DNA of 64,000 nucleotides from Lama glama (lineage: Eukaryota): NCBI GenBank assembly GCA_028534125.1, contig CM052817.1, positions 19,966,001 through 20,030,000 of the forward strand. Reading direction: 5' to 3'. This document shows positions 51,574 through 64,000 of this stretch, one piece after another. The notes under the pieces are model-generated. The model worked only from the letters and a program-made list of their open reading frames with translations. It was not told where the DNA came from and made no database searches. Position 1 is the stretch's first letter. Every line of letters starts with the position of its first letter. Position numbers and translations under genes: made by a program.

Positions 51574-52232
51574 TGTTAGAGCAGGCAGATAGCTAGATAT
51601 GAGCAGGGAAAGGGGGACACAGACCAAATGGCAGGAACTGGGCAGAAAGGAGGGGCTCGGGCCAAATGCAGGAAACCACACATCATGTAAGCACCAGGGG
51701 TCCCTGGGCAGAGAAAGAAAAGCAGGAAAACTTGGGCTGATAAGGGGTCACACCTTCTGGGGTGATGAGTGGCCTGGAGACTGACAAAGAAAAGTGAGAA
51801 AAGGCAGGACTTTCCAGTGTCTGAATGTAACCTTTTGCTCATTATGCCCTCATTTCAGTAAAATTAGCTATGCAGATTAGAAGTGCCCATCGTGCACGAC
51901 GCCATGACACTTCTGATCCAGACTAAATAAGGACAAAAATCCCTCCTCCCTTTGGGAAGGTGGAGTTGGGAAGATAATCAGGGAATACAACCCCAAACCC
52001 TTCCCTCCCCAGTGAATATTCCGCCCATTCATTTTTACACCCTATGTAACTCACTTGCCAAAGAAACTCAGGGCAGCCCCTCACCTGAGCCTGCCCCCTC
52101 TTCCCCTGAGAGTGTACTATCCATCTTTTAACAAATTCTCACTTTACTTTTTTTTAACCACAACATCTTGTCTCTAAATTCTTTCTGGGATGGGACCAGA
52201 ACCTGGAACACCAGTTGCATCTACCGGTAACA
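51574..52232 (+). mobile_element. Solo LTR (~660 bp), probably ERV1 class, lineage-specific
   Basis: Terminal inverted repeats tgtta...taaca, GC-richer than the flanks, TATA-like tatgtaa at ~52043 and degenerate poly(A) signal aacaaa at ~52130. No PBS or internal sequence follows. Confidence 0.75.
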
Positions 52233-53969
52233 TCTTAGTTCTTTGTTCTTTGTACTTAAATATTTCCTTTACATTTTGTCTAAAGAAAATATTTTTAAAA
52301 TATAAACTCTTCATATTCTAGTTCAAAAGCCATACTTATTTCATGTAATAACATAAATGATTCCTAACAGGACGATTGTTAGTTTTGCATAATGGTTGTG
52401 ATTCTAATTTGGACAGAGGGGGAAATTATTTTTAAAATATGCCATATCATATGTTTTAGATCAATTTGATTGGGATTTATTTAAACTGAATAAGTGATTT
52501 TATAAGAGGCTATTCAGAGAGTTGTGTTTTACAAAAAATAAAAGGAAAAAAATTGAGAGTGCTACATAAGGATTTGTATTTTTCCATCTAATTTAGTAAG
52601 TATACATTTGAAGTTAGTAGAACATATCAATACAGTAACTTTAATACCTCACACTTGTTCTTAAGTATTATTTCTATTCTTAAGTATTATTGACTGTGTA
52701 TTACTGAACTAGGAACTATGTCAGAGAGGCAAAATCCAATTTGTTCAGCAAGACAAATGCCTATCACATCACCTCCCTCAAAATAGAGGCTCAGAGCAGA
52801 AAGAACAAAGAATTACATGATTACAAAGTTAATAGAATCCACTGTATGTTGAAGATCAATATTTTCTAAACTAGTCTAAATGTTTTCGATCATACACTCT
52901 TTAGAATAATGCCCAAACTGTATAACCTTAGGGAATATTGTTTGTGTACATGTATGTGTAAATATTTGTCATAATTTTAAATAATTGAGTATAATTTCTG
53001 TTGTAGTATGACTATTGACATTTTTAAATGAAATGAACAATCACTTTCCATATATCCAATGTAACTGACATATCAGAGTAATTTTAATGCCGTGATCATA
53101 CCTTTAGTCACTGATTTTATATCATTTGTTTTCTCCTTTAACAGAAATTCACGCATTCTTTAAAAAGAAGTATTGGGCATCCGGTGTGCATCAGTTGTTG
53201 TTCTAAGCACTAGACCTACATGGCAGTGGTTCCTGCCTGTGTGCTCCAACTCTGCACAGCTCAGCTTCCTTCTAAATATCCTATGTAAGAGGCCCAGGCA
53301 AGCACACTTTTGTTCATCTGTAAAGAACGTGCTGTTCCTATGAATCTGAATACCGAGGAATTTTATAAATTAGCCGAAGTGTTTAAAGACATCCCAAATA
53401 GCAGTATTTTCATCCAAATAGCTTACAATTTAGAGTCTTTTTAATTTTGGAACTTAGATCAAGTTATATTTTTTGGCTATTGTTCTGACACCATCCTATT
53501 TTGTTTTTCTTTTTCATTTTTCTTTTTATTCAGGTTGATTTTTGCCAGTCTGACTTTCACATCACTAATGGGAGTGGGAGTTGTTTTGCACACAAAGGAA
53601 AGGAGCTTTCTCACAGTAAAGCTTCTCTTTTTCATTAGCATCTTAGAGCTAGAAGTGCTTATCTGGACGTTTGTGTATTTAGATAATTCACATCACTTTG
53701 GAGGCTAACAGTTGAAGATTCCCAATGCTACAGAAACTCTGAGCCCTTTTTTGAGTTTTCACATGCGTTTTGATGTCAACTTCGGCCCAGCAGTCAAGAC
53801 GTTGCTGTTGAACCAGGACACACTCTCTTCATTTCCCTTCAGGGCTCTTGGCCACTGATCTACCTTAGTTAACACTTTTATGACCCACTTCGTATAGACT
53901 CTGACATTCCTTCACGTGGGCACTGATGAATGGTGCCTCGCTCATTTCATCCTCATTCCTTGAACATCT

Positions 53970-55359
53970 CACTCTTTCCTGTGAGTCACCCCTGATGCAA
54001 CTAAGCCACGATTTACCCTGAGACCTACTTGGGAACAACACATAAGCTACCAGGAAATTTTGAGAATTAAATTTCAGTGGGAAGATACTTTAGCCAATAG
54101 TTAATCAGAAGTAGGGAGTACACTCTTCTTTCATCCTCCTAATGTGCTTCCCAGGATAGGGTGTATCATTCAGCCTCTTAGAAGAGAGGTCCGTTAAGAC
54201 TAGTGATCGTTTATATGTGGCACCAAGCGGTAGCTAGCTCTGTAATGTTCCCCTGTGTTGGCTCTCCTTTCTTCCCTCTCTTGTCTCTCTTCTCCTCAGT
54301 GCTCCTTTTCAGAAGGAACCCATGAGGACAGGGAAAGTGCCTTCTAATAATTTCCTGGAATGCGCCCTTGAAACTTAGACTTGAAATGTTCGACAGTGAA
54401 TGAGTTTGATATGCCAGAGAATTGCATAGTTTTGAGAAAGTAGTCAAATAGCACAACGATGTGGGAGTATTTGAACAATCTTATCACATAATCTTTGAAA
54501 GTTCAGCACTTGCCAGATATTTCTGGGAAGCATCAAAGACCATCTCTTCATACAACAAGAATCAGTACCTTAATGCTGGCACCAGTGGCTGTGAGAAGCT
54601 TGGTGTTCTGGTCTTGTGTACGTTGATTCTGGGAGATGGTCCTGTGGCCATCACTGGGGACTGCGGGTTTCACAACGGAAGAGACCAGATGGCAGCATTT
54701 AACCGTAAGTGAAAGAAAACCTAGAAATGCAATCAAGATACATTGATCTGCAGGGATATAGGTCTAACAAATGAGAGTATTCCTAAGGGTGAAATGGACA
54801 GATAGTACATTAGGACATAACTCATGTTGAATAATTAAAAGAAAAAGAAATTCCACAGTAGAAATCTATTGTCTTTAACCCAATTGCTAGTTTTAAGACA
54901 GTCATAGATACAGAACTAATTGTTTCAGGAGTAGACCAGTTCACCTTGGGCTAGGACTCTATAATACCACCCAGTAGAGGTCATAATCATTACCCTGCAC
55001 TTCCTGAAGGACTCGTGGACATAACTGGAAAAACTGTATACTGGAGAAATAGACCTGGATCAAATTTTAACTACATTTTAAAAATGACTCTCATTTTATT
55101 TAAATAATTTCCTATTTATAGAAAAGCCAGTGAGGCTCATTTGAAAGATAGGACTGCAAGATTGAGCAGTTATTTTTGCTTGATACCATGAGGTGGCTAC
55201 TTGCATAACACATCTGTGTTTGCTCGCTCTCTTTCCTACTTCACTGTCCCTGGCCTTACTCCTTTTTCTGGAATTATATCCCAATAAAGGAATTATAAAA
55301 CTTATGACCCTAAGTTTTTGTATTGGGCTGTGCTTTGTGGGGAACACACCCTAAGACAA
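53970..55359 (+). mobile_element. Degenerate ERVL provirus (LTR16/ERV3-16A3-like): 5' LTR, gag relic, 3' LTR part
   Basis: The 3' end gggctgtgctttgtggggaacacaccctaagaca is LTR16-like. Internal 54520-54810 carries ERVL gag-like relics (WE...; GRDQMAAFNR vs recalled RGQVAALN; IPKGEMD vs VPxxEID). Confidence 0.55.
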
Positions 55360-56631
55360 TTTACCTATACACTGAAAAGTCAGTCTGAGAGATGCTTTTT
55401 TGTGTGATTTTGCTTTGTTGGTCAACACTTACACACTCGGGATTATTTATGAAGTAACTTTGACTATAATAATTATTATGTTTCTGGACGACCAACCATG
55501 GTGCCTCTCGTTCCTCTCTCCAAATAGTAGTGAAGCAATTCCAGCATGAGCCATCCCCTTAGTATAAGAAATACCACAGCACACCAAGGGATTTACAAAG
55601 TCTTAGATGGCACCAGAGATAGCTATCTTATGTTTATACTTCACTTCAGTCACCCAACTAATAGTACAGCAGTCCCCCAAAGCCACTCCATCAGCTAGAC
55701 CCAAGATACAAAAGCTGGGAGGGAAATTACATGAACACACACCATCCTTCTTTCTAGTTTACTTCACCCTGAAACATACAGTTTCCTTGGCATATGGCTA
55801 TGGTTTCCTCTTTGCATGGACATCTTATTTAAACACTGGGATATTGATTTAAGTCTTTTTTTACAGTTCAATTTTAGATTGTTCCTTCAGGAAACATACA
55901 CTTTCTTCTCTCCCTCTCTCTGTATACCCTCTCCCATTATTTAATCCCTCAAGTTTCTGCAATGGACTCCAATTCTTCTTACCTTGAGTGTTTGTTTGAA
56001 ATTGTTTCCTTAGTTCTTACTCTCAGCTGAATAACTCAGATATACTTCTTTCACTATAAGCATATTCCATTTTATGTCAATGCATATCAATGTAATAGCT
56101 GAGTAAAATGTTTATCTGATAATTTTTCTCATCTGAGTCATCCAAAGGTTGGTCTCCTGGAATCTCTTTTCCCTTGGAGGTCATAACTAATATTTTTATG
56201 TTCACTAATAAAAAGTATCTTTAGTAAAGACATTGTAATTGTCATTTTTGTGAAGACTCTAAATTCTAGTCTTCTGAAAAGTGTTATTTTTTGTTTGCTT
56301 GTTGGCTTTGGCAGACAATTAACTTGGTTCAATTCATTTTCAGGTGGCAGCTCGAATCACAGTCCTGTTTTTTCATTCTTAACTAGGATGCACATAGTCT
56401 TCTTGGTGTGTACCTGGTTTGGGTGTCAGCCAAGATTGAGGCAGCACTTAACATTTTTTTATATTCCTATTGTAATTCTTTTCAAAAATTTCCTCTAGAC
56501 TTTTCATCCTTTGTTTTTGCCTGACCCTTTCCTTTAGTTACTCAGGCCAGAATTTTATCTGCTTAATGTTACTGTAACCCTAACCCTAAAACTAGCCAGC
56601 CACACAACTGCACCCCAATAAACCTCTTTGC

Positions 56632-57110
56632 TTTTTTTTCCTTTTTTATTTATAGGAGAGATTTATTTGAAGAAGTATTATGACATATAAAAACTACATA
56701 AAGTTTAATTTCCACTCATATAGTAGTAAATTTGATATAATGAGTAATAAAAAAAACCCTTAAAATCCAGAATGCACAAAGTACTGCACAGTTTGATCAC
56801 CAAGTCAAATTAGTTAATAAGCAAACCTCACAGAACCGCTTCGTGTCAGCCAAGGCCACAAACACCATGTACAACACATTTGAGCTGACAAATCGACATG
56901 TTAAAAATGCGGTATTTTTACAACAAAGTGTCAGCATCTTTTTTAATCCCTCCATATTTTCCCCACATTCCTGAGAATCCTTTCCTACGTAGCAGGTGTT
57001 TTCTTACTAGTCATCATGTTGTGCCATGTCTTCTGGACAACTTCAGTCCTGCTGGTTTTCAATAAAATGTGGAGCATCTAAGCTGTACCACTAAGTAGGA
57101 CCTGCATTTT
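56632..57110 (-). pseudogene. Probable processed retrocopy of an mRNA 3' UTR (parent gene not identified)
   Basis: Minus strand ends ...cttcaAATAAAtctctcctat followed by an A-rich tail (plus-strand T run 56632-56651). The body is U/GU-rich, 3'-UTR-like and does not resemble any repeat I know. Degenerate TSD ctttgctt (56626-56633) / cttttgctt (57111-57119). Confidence 0.6.
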
Positions 57111-58554
57111 CTTTTGCTTCTTGTAAATGATAATCCATGAAAACAACAGTGGAGACATTCCCAAATATTTATCTGCGAAGGAGTTACATAGAAAGAATGA
57201 TTATTTGGCATAACATGGGATACCTAACATTCTAAATTGAACGAGACTAGGAAATAATTTTGCTGCTGGAACATACAATGGGGCACTAGCTTCACCCTAA
57301 ATCATCTTGTGAAAGAAAATACAGGAACTCGGTGAGAAAACAATACAGACACTGACAGGACTATCCTCTGATATTGTCCTGACAGTGAGATAGGTCAAGG
57401 AAGAGTGAGGAATGGTGGGAAGAGACCAAAGAGAATTCCAATTATTAATTGACTCTGGAGGGTGGCCATCTTTCTACGATGCAAGAGCTGACTGCTCATA
57501 GGTGGTCATCATGATTTTTTAAAATGATAAAATAATCCATGTGAATTCCTTGGCATACTGTTTCCCCACCCCATTTTCTTCACCTTACTCTTCTCTTGAT
57601 ATAATTAGCCACTTGGTGTTACTAAGATGTCACTGGATGAAAGGCAATGCTCATCACTGGACGTGTTTGAGTTCCAGGTGGACAGTTCTATGTTGGGACT
57701 GTTGTGGATCCAAGGATTACAACAGGGATAGAGGAGATGCGTGATGTGCTATACGATCTTTAGCATCACTCCAAAACTGAAGTACTTTAATGCCAACATT
57801 TGTCCAGTAATGGGCAGGAGGGCCATTCTGATTTGGTATCAGACTACCACAAAAGAAATTGGGAGGAGGTGTTATGTTATTTGATAAATACATTTTAATG
57901 GGAAATATTATACTGAAATATCCAGATGCATCTGTATCTTATTGCAAAAGGTGGGTTTTCAATGCCAAGCAGCTAGAGAGTCTTCTGTTAGCAGCTTTTA
58001 ATTTCCTGCCTTAAGAACTGCTTGGCATCATGGCTGCTGACACCTTTGTCTACAGTCTACTCAGGATGTAAAACAAAGTAACTCTTCCACAAACTTCTTC
58101 TCACTGTTGGAATACTCAGTTTCAAGGGGTTTTACTCCTGGGACCGAAGCAACTTTCTTCCGCTGTGATGATCCATTCCCTCTCCGAAGCTGCGCTGGGC
58201 TTGGGACCCACTCTTCCCTGGTCTCAGAATGTCAGAGAAGGAATCCTACACTCCCTCTCCCCCAAGGGCAGGCTGAGGCCCACAGTTTAATTTAAATCAT
58301 GTAAACTATAATAATTGGAAACTGCAGGGGGCCGAGACGATTTGTTAAATCTGCATACCTGTGAAGCAGAAACGGCTGAATTGTGAAAGACGAATCCCAG
58401 ACGAGGATGGCCTGTTTTATATCATTTGAAATGAAATCTTAGAAATCAATAACACCAGGCCAGGAAAAACACACCTGTTATAGAAAACCGCAGGATCTTA
58501 AGTGGCTAGGAAAATGAGAAAAAAGAAGACCTTGGCCCCTGTTTATAAAGCAAT

Positions 58555-58573
58555 CACACACACACACACACAC
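58555..58573. repeat. (CA)n microsatellite with degenerate extension to ~58615
   Basis: Read directly. Confidence 0.85.
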
Positions 58574-60401
58574 AGTCATACACACAGAGACACACAAATT
58601 CATACCACACCACATTACCCCAGTCAGGTGAACGTATAGATTCACATTTGTAATCTTTTATAGGTAACTTGATCTTCACCTTCTCTATTTCACTTCTGGG
58701 AATAGCTAGTGATATATAATTTATAATAAAAATTGTTTCATGAAAATTCTAGGAAGACAGAGGGGAAGAAGCCAAGATGAGTTCAGAGGCTGACTGGGAG
58801 AAACGCGATTTCCCACAGAACTCTGGCACAAGAACCACAGTCAGAAGAAAAGGCAAATGATGAAGACCAACCATACAAAGAGGAAACGTTATCTGTGAAA
58901 CACTAACAAAACGTGAAAAGCTGAAGAAGGCATATAGCTTCATTGGGTCCAGCTTACCAAACGTGAAGTGAGGAATAAATTTTAATTAAGGGAGTATAAA
59001 AAGAATAATCAGCAAACCCTTTCCGAGAGAGGTGGATGTCATGCTAAGCGGACAGGCTGCAGTGTCTTGTGACAAGCCTGGACGATTCAAAGAGTAAGCG
59101 GTCATTTGAGGAAGGTAAAATCCTAACCCATTGTTTGTAGTGTAGGTTGGATTTCTTGGCTGTGAACACATTTAGTGTGCATTAAATATTCTGTCTCTCA
59201 GAGACTGCCAAGTTTCTTTGGATTTATGCTCCACTGAAGAGAAACTTGGATTTATTATTTTAAAAAAGCATGAACAGAGGTCTATACAGTGTGCTATTCA
59301 AGCTTTAGGGCAGATGGCATAGTGGACATGACTAAAATAGGAAGTAATGTCCAGAATTCCTCTTAAATATAGGAAAGTTCCAATAATCAGTAGTTAAATG
59401 TAGTGTTTATAATGGATTTTTTTCTACTCTCATAACTTCAGTGAAGTTATAGTAAAATTCTATTTACCAAAAAGGCACTGAAATAAAATAGTTATTACAG
59501 GAGTCTTATCTGGTAATTATGTCTCATTCCAACATCAACAGATATTTCCTCAAATCATATATCAGTTGCAAAAAAACAAAATACCACTTCAAGTAATAGG
59601 TTATTATTTGATTGTAAGAAAGATAATATTTTGAAAAAGTGACTTTCAAAGCTACAGTATTGTTAAAAAGAAGTTTATTGGATATTTTTACATATGATAT
59701 AATTTGGCTGATCTGATTGACACGTGGGTGAAAAAAGAGCTTCACTCTTTAGTGACAAAGTAACCTGTATTTTGGAGATCCTTTTCTTTCTTTCTTTTTT
59801 AAATTTATTTAATTGTTTTCTGTCTAAGAGCTCCCGATAGGAAGCTAATTCTTCTTGTTCTTTTTCAAATCCTGTATTGCTTGAGGACTTTGACAAAATG
59901 TGTAATGAAGGGTTTAGTCCCCTGTAATGAATGTCATGATCCTAACAATAAGATCCAACAAACAGTTTGAAGTGATGTAGTGAATGCTGACTCTGTTGTC
60001 AAGCATACGCAGAGTCTGACTGGTCTAAATAATTACTGGAGTTTGGCGGAGATACAGATCACACAGCCCACCATGATGGCACCTGCTGAGACTTGGCGTT
60101 ATTTTCAAAAAAATAATAGGTTGTTCTAAAGGAATGAATGCCTTATAGTACAGTAATTGAATGCAGGCACCAATACACTTGCTTTCTTTGTGATCTCGAG
60201 AATCTCTTTATTTGGGGGTTGTGTTTTGTCAACCATGTTGTGTTTTAAGGAGTGCCAATTAGTCTTAGGATTATTATTTGTTGAACCCCTTCAAAGAAGA
60301 ATCACTAGTAGACATTTGGGAGATGTGTTTGTAAAGGATAAAATATGTATGGATAATGCAGTATAATTGTTTTATTACTTAATTTATATTATATAGTATA
60401 C

Positions 60402-60420
60402 ATATATATATATATATATA
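60402..60420. repeat. (TA)n microsatellite
   Basis: Read directly. Confidence 0.85.
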
Positions 60421-61934
60421 ATGAACAAATGGTGTCAAGGCAAGTTTATGTAAACTGATTTGGGAAGAGTTTATATATTTTTTTCTTCTTCTACAGTTTT
60501 GATTATCTATCTTTTGTTGTTGTTGTTGATCTTCCTGCCTAAATTGAGCACAGTTCTAGAAAGGAGGCAGAATAGTTAGAGTGGATAGATTACTATGACA
60601 TCATACTTAGACTGCTGGAAGAAAAAACTTTTCATTTTTCTCGGTTGTCTTGAAGGACTAAAAACGCCACAGGAAAATAACTTCTGTAGCTTATTTTATT
60701 ATAAGCAAGGGGTTTGAGAGACAGAAACTTCATGATAGGACTCCAGGCACTGTCCCTGCTGGGTTATTATTGGACATTTGAATAAATTAGACCACTGGAA
60801 TCTACCAGAAATAGCACTATACCTTGAATTTCAAGAGAAGGTGTCTTTCTGTGGTTCCCAAAGTGTGACTCATTTTTAATTACACTGCCTGATCTGAAAC
60901 AAGAGGACACAAAGCTGGCACAATCTCCTGTTCAGATGGTGAGGACTAGGTCAGGTCTAGGTCTTTTAGAAAGTTTTAGGGTAGTGTCTTGAAACGCAGA
61001 AGCTGGCGGGGCGATGCGACAGCGTGGGGAGAGAGCATGTGTGCCCATCATCAAAGAGCCGAGGGATTCAGGGCAGTTCTGACTTTGCCGAATTACTTTT
61101 TATGTCACCCATTCTCCTTTCTACCTCCCAGGTTTTGAAACTTTGGGCCATTCCTCTTCACTTTCTTTGTTTTCTTGTGGGGAAATGGAACTGGTTGCCA
61201 GAGTTGGGAAAGAAAAGTAGCCAGAGGTAATTTTTTTTTTCTCCTTTATTGAGTATGAAACTGCAGCAATTCTCCTCCAAAGTGTTGTCATTATTCACAC
61301 GAAAGCAATTCAGTGAGAGTTAGCAGCAGGAACTCTCCTGTAATGCCACTATTGTGCATTTCCTTACGACTGATCATCTATCCAAAAACACTAGCAAGGT
61401 TGACATGTGTTTTCATTAACCACCATATATTTATTTCTAGACCTCCCAAGAAAATGCAGGCCCCTCTAGGTACTGGCAAAAACCATTTAGTGTTTTATTT
61501 ATTCAGAAAAAAAAATGCACCAGTGCAAATAAAACTTCCCTTAAACCATATATTTGTTTTACTAAAGAACAAATCTATAGATTGATAAAATGTGTCATAG
61601 ATTCATTTAGAGAATTAAGCTTTGAATTCATTACTTTTCAAGTGAAAACATTGTATTTGGGACCATCCAAATAAAAGACTGGTTATTACTTGGGGAGATT
61701 AAGGGAGGTCAGTGTGTCTATGGCTGAAAGAGTCAATATCATTTATTCCTAAGGAATTCTCAAATAGAAAATTGGAAGATTAATTCTCAAATTAATACAG
61801 GCAGTGCACATAAGTATATAATCATGGTATTTAAATAATCATTCTTATATGCCAGATATTATTGTAAATTATATACATAATTATACCCATATGTATTATA
61901 TATATGTATTAAGTATGTAATATGTATACAATTA

Positions 61935-62085
61935 TATTTAATCCTAATTTTTATTAAACCTATTCCCTATGGATAGGGAAAATAAGGCATGTGGTAGCCA
62001 AGTCACAGGGCTAGGAGGTGACTGAGCTGAGATTTAAGCCAATGTGTTCTAACACCACTGTTCAGGCTTTTAGCCCTATGTGACA
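61935..62085 (-). mobile_element. MIR SINE
   Basis: ggatagggaaaataaggc...gccaagtcacagggctaggaggtgactgagctgagatttaagcc is the antisense MIR 5' part. Confidence 0.65.
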
Positions 62086-62189
62086 GTGCCTCAGAAGAAA
62101 TAGCAAATTTCAACAGGTAGGTTAAAGTTCTCCATCTGAGTATTAGTTTAAACTATCCAAATTAAATTATTCAAATTAAAACAATGATA

Positions 62190-63050
62190 TGCCTGACAAA
62201 TTTATATTTCTAAATAGCAACATCCAATGATGGTAAATATATGGGGATATAGGTTATTTTCATGCATTAAAGTGGGTTTCTAATTTGGCTCAAACTTTTG
62301 GGAGTGTAATTTAGCAATACAAAGAAAGATTCTTTAAATATTTTCTTTGAGGAAATAATGATACTTCTAATATTACTTTCCAAGAAAATAATTGGAAACA
62401 AGTATTTGTGTGAGAGCCATGCAAACAAATATTTTGTGCATTTTAACCTGCTGTGGCCATCTGCTAGAAAAGATTTTGATGTACATTTTGTTGAATGAAA
62501 TATACATTCAATGATTGATATTTCTCATGAATTGTTTATAACATTAAAAATTGATAATCTACATTCTTCCAAATAGAAGATTGTTCAAAAAAACTATATT
62601 CTATATGCAGAAGAATGGTCACATTATGTGACCATTAAAAACTATGATGATAATGATTATAATGATGCAGGTATGTAGGTATGGAAATGGAACAATTTTT
62701 AAAAAATTATTAAATAAAAATCATTAGGTAAAGTTATACAATAAAGCAGAATATATACTATGATTATAGTCTGGGATATTTGTGATATGCATGCACATAG
62801 TATGTAAACACATACATAATCTATACCTATGAATACATACATAAAGATGATTACATTTTGGAATACATACATACATATGTATCTAATTCTTTGTTATTGA
62901 TCTCATTTTTGTCTGTATCTGGAATGATACTAATCAAAATATTCAAAGTTAGTCTTTCTGTTTTATTGGTATGCAGTTTTCTTTACTATTTGCTTTATTC
63001 AGTGGAAATGCATACAGTTTACAATGAATAAATGTGACTTAAAATATGTA
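62190..63050 (+). mobile_element. Very old L1 (L1ME-like) ORF2 end/3' UTR
   Basis: caaacttttgggagtgtaatttagcaatac...aattgtttataacattaaaaattg...tttacaatgaataaatg resemble L1ME ends. Highly diverged. Confidence 0.5.
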
Positions 63051-64000
63051 CATGTAGACAAAGCCTTTATGTTTTTCATTTGACTCAAAAAATATTTCTA
63101 TTTCTAAGTCACATCTAGCTGCCCAAATATAGCACAGATTTTATATGAAGAAAGTTCTCCCACCAACACATAAGAAGCATTAGTGTTTGGAATACAGTGT
63201 GAAATAGATACACTTTACTAATCTGCACATAACTTTTAGTTCCGGAGCATGAAGTCTGAAAAGAGAGGACTAGTGTTTTTACTGAGTGATACAATTATGT
63301 GTTGTTTTTTTTTTAACATTCAACAACTGTCTTGTTAACAGGCCTATCAAAAAGGAGATTAATGGTGAACTGACAATACAGTGTCTTTCCCCAACTCATA
63401 GAAACATATGTTTCTAAATACAGATCACTAAATTATGTAGCTCAATTTTTTTAAATATATGAAATATATACATATATATATATACACACCTAACTTTTTT
63501 TATTTTTTATTTTAATTTATTTATTTTTATTTTACACCTAATATTTTGAAGACTGAAAATCTTACCCTACACATACTCAGTGAATTTTTTCCTTGTGATC
63601 AAAAATACAATCTATGAATAATTTTGAGTTTTGTTTGTGTGGCTTTTTTATCATTAATTCATGCTCTCTTCCATTATCATTAATAGTATTTAATTTTCTA
63701 ATGTATGATAATGAACATTATTTGTGAAAATGGCATGGTCTTATTTGCATAGTTTAAGAAACTTTTGATAAATGAATACAATGTCACCTACTGAGTGTGA
63801 CAAGGATTTTGCCAAATAAAAGTGGACTTTTGAACAAGCATTTAAGATGAATGAATAAATATACTGCAATCAGTATGGGATCTTGAGGAAACTGCAAAAG
63901 AGCACCAATTAGAAAATAAATTGTAAGGAGCAATATTTATTTCTTCCTAGTTTTGTTAGTTTTATAAATTGTATCTCAAAACATAAAATCAATGTGTCAA

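Noticed and set aside
56575..56590. taaccctaaccctaa as an interstitial telomere
   Set aside because: Only ~2.5 units, too short to distinguish from chance.
1..64000. Prokaryotic-type systems (CRISPR arrays, operons, defence islands)
   Set aside because: The sequence is clearly mammalian, with no regularly spaced repeat-spacer array and no dense coding regions.

Overview
Mammalian, non-coding, AT-rich and CpG-depleted genomic DNA (gene desert or large intron), most likely from a camelid. That assignment rests on a tRNA-derived SINE resembling the Tylopoda-specific Vic-1 family and on cetartiodactyl-type young L1s. I found no host protein-coding gene, rRNA, bona fide tRNA or CRISPR array. The ORF track is noise apart from an L1 ORF1p fragment (2227-2478) and an ERVL gag relic (54461-54712). 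The window is a mosaic of L1 (young and old), L2, MIR, MaLR/ERV LTRs, hAT-Charlie MER58 elements, microsatellites, one probable 3'-UTR retrocopy and a 500-N assembly gap. Repeat family names come from my recollection of consensus sequences and need a RepeatMasker/Dfam check. The most interesting observations all concern retrotransposon biology. (1) An L1 joins the ORF1 end and inter-ORF spacer directly to the ORF2 C-terminus at a possible splice acceptor, so it may be a spliced or HAL1-like non-autonomous L1. (2) A young full-length L1 5' UTR carries a ~59-bp repeat array and an antisense module with a YY1 site, GC boxes, a strong-Kozak 99-aa ORF and splice sites, reminiscent of the primate L1 antisense promoter and ORF0. 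(3) A textbook twin-primed, 5'-inverted L1 is present. (4) A MER58A copy carries a telomere-like fold-back insertion. No new biological system can be established from sequence alone.
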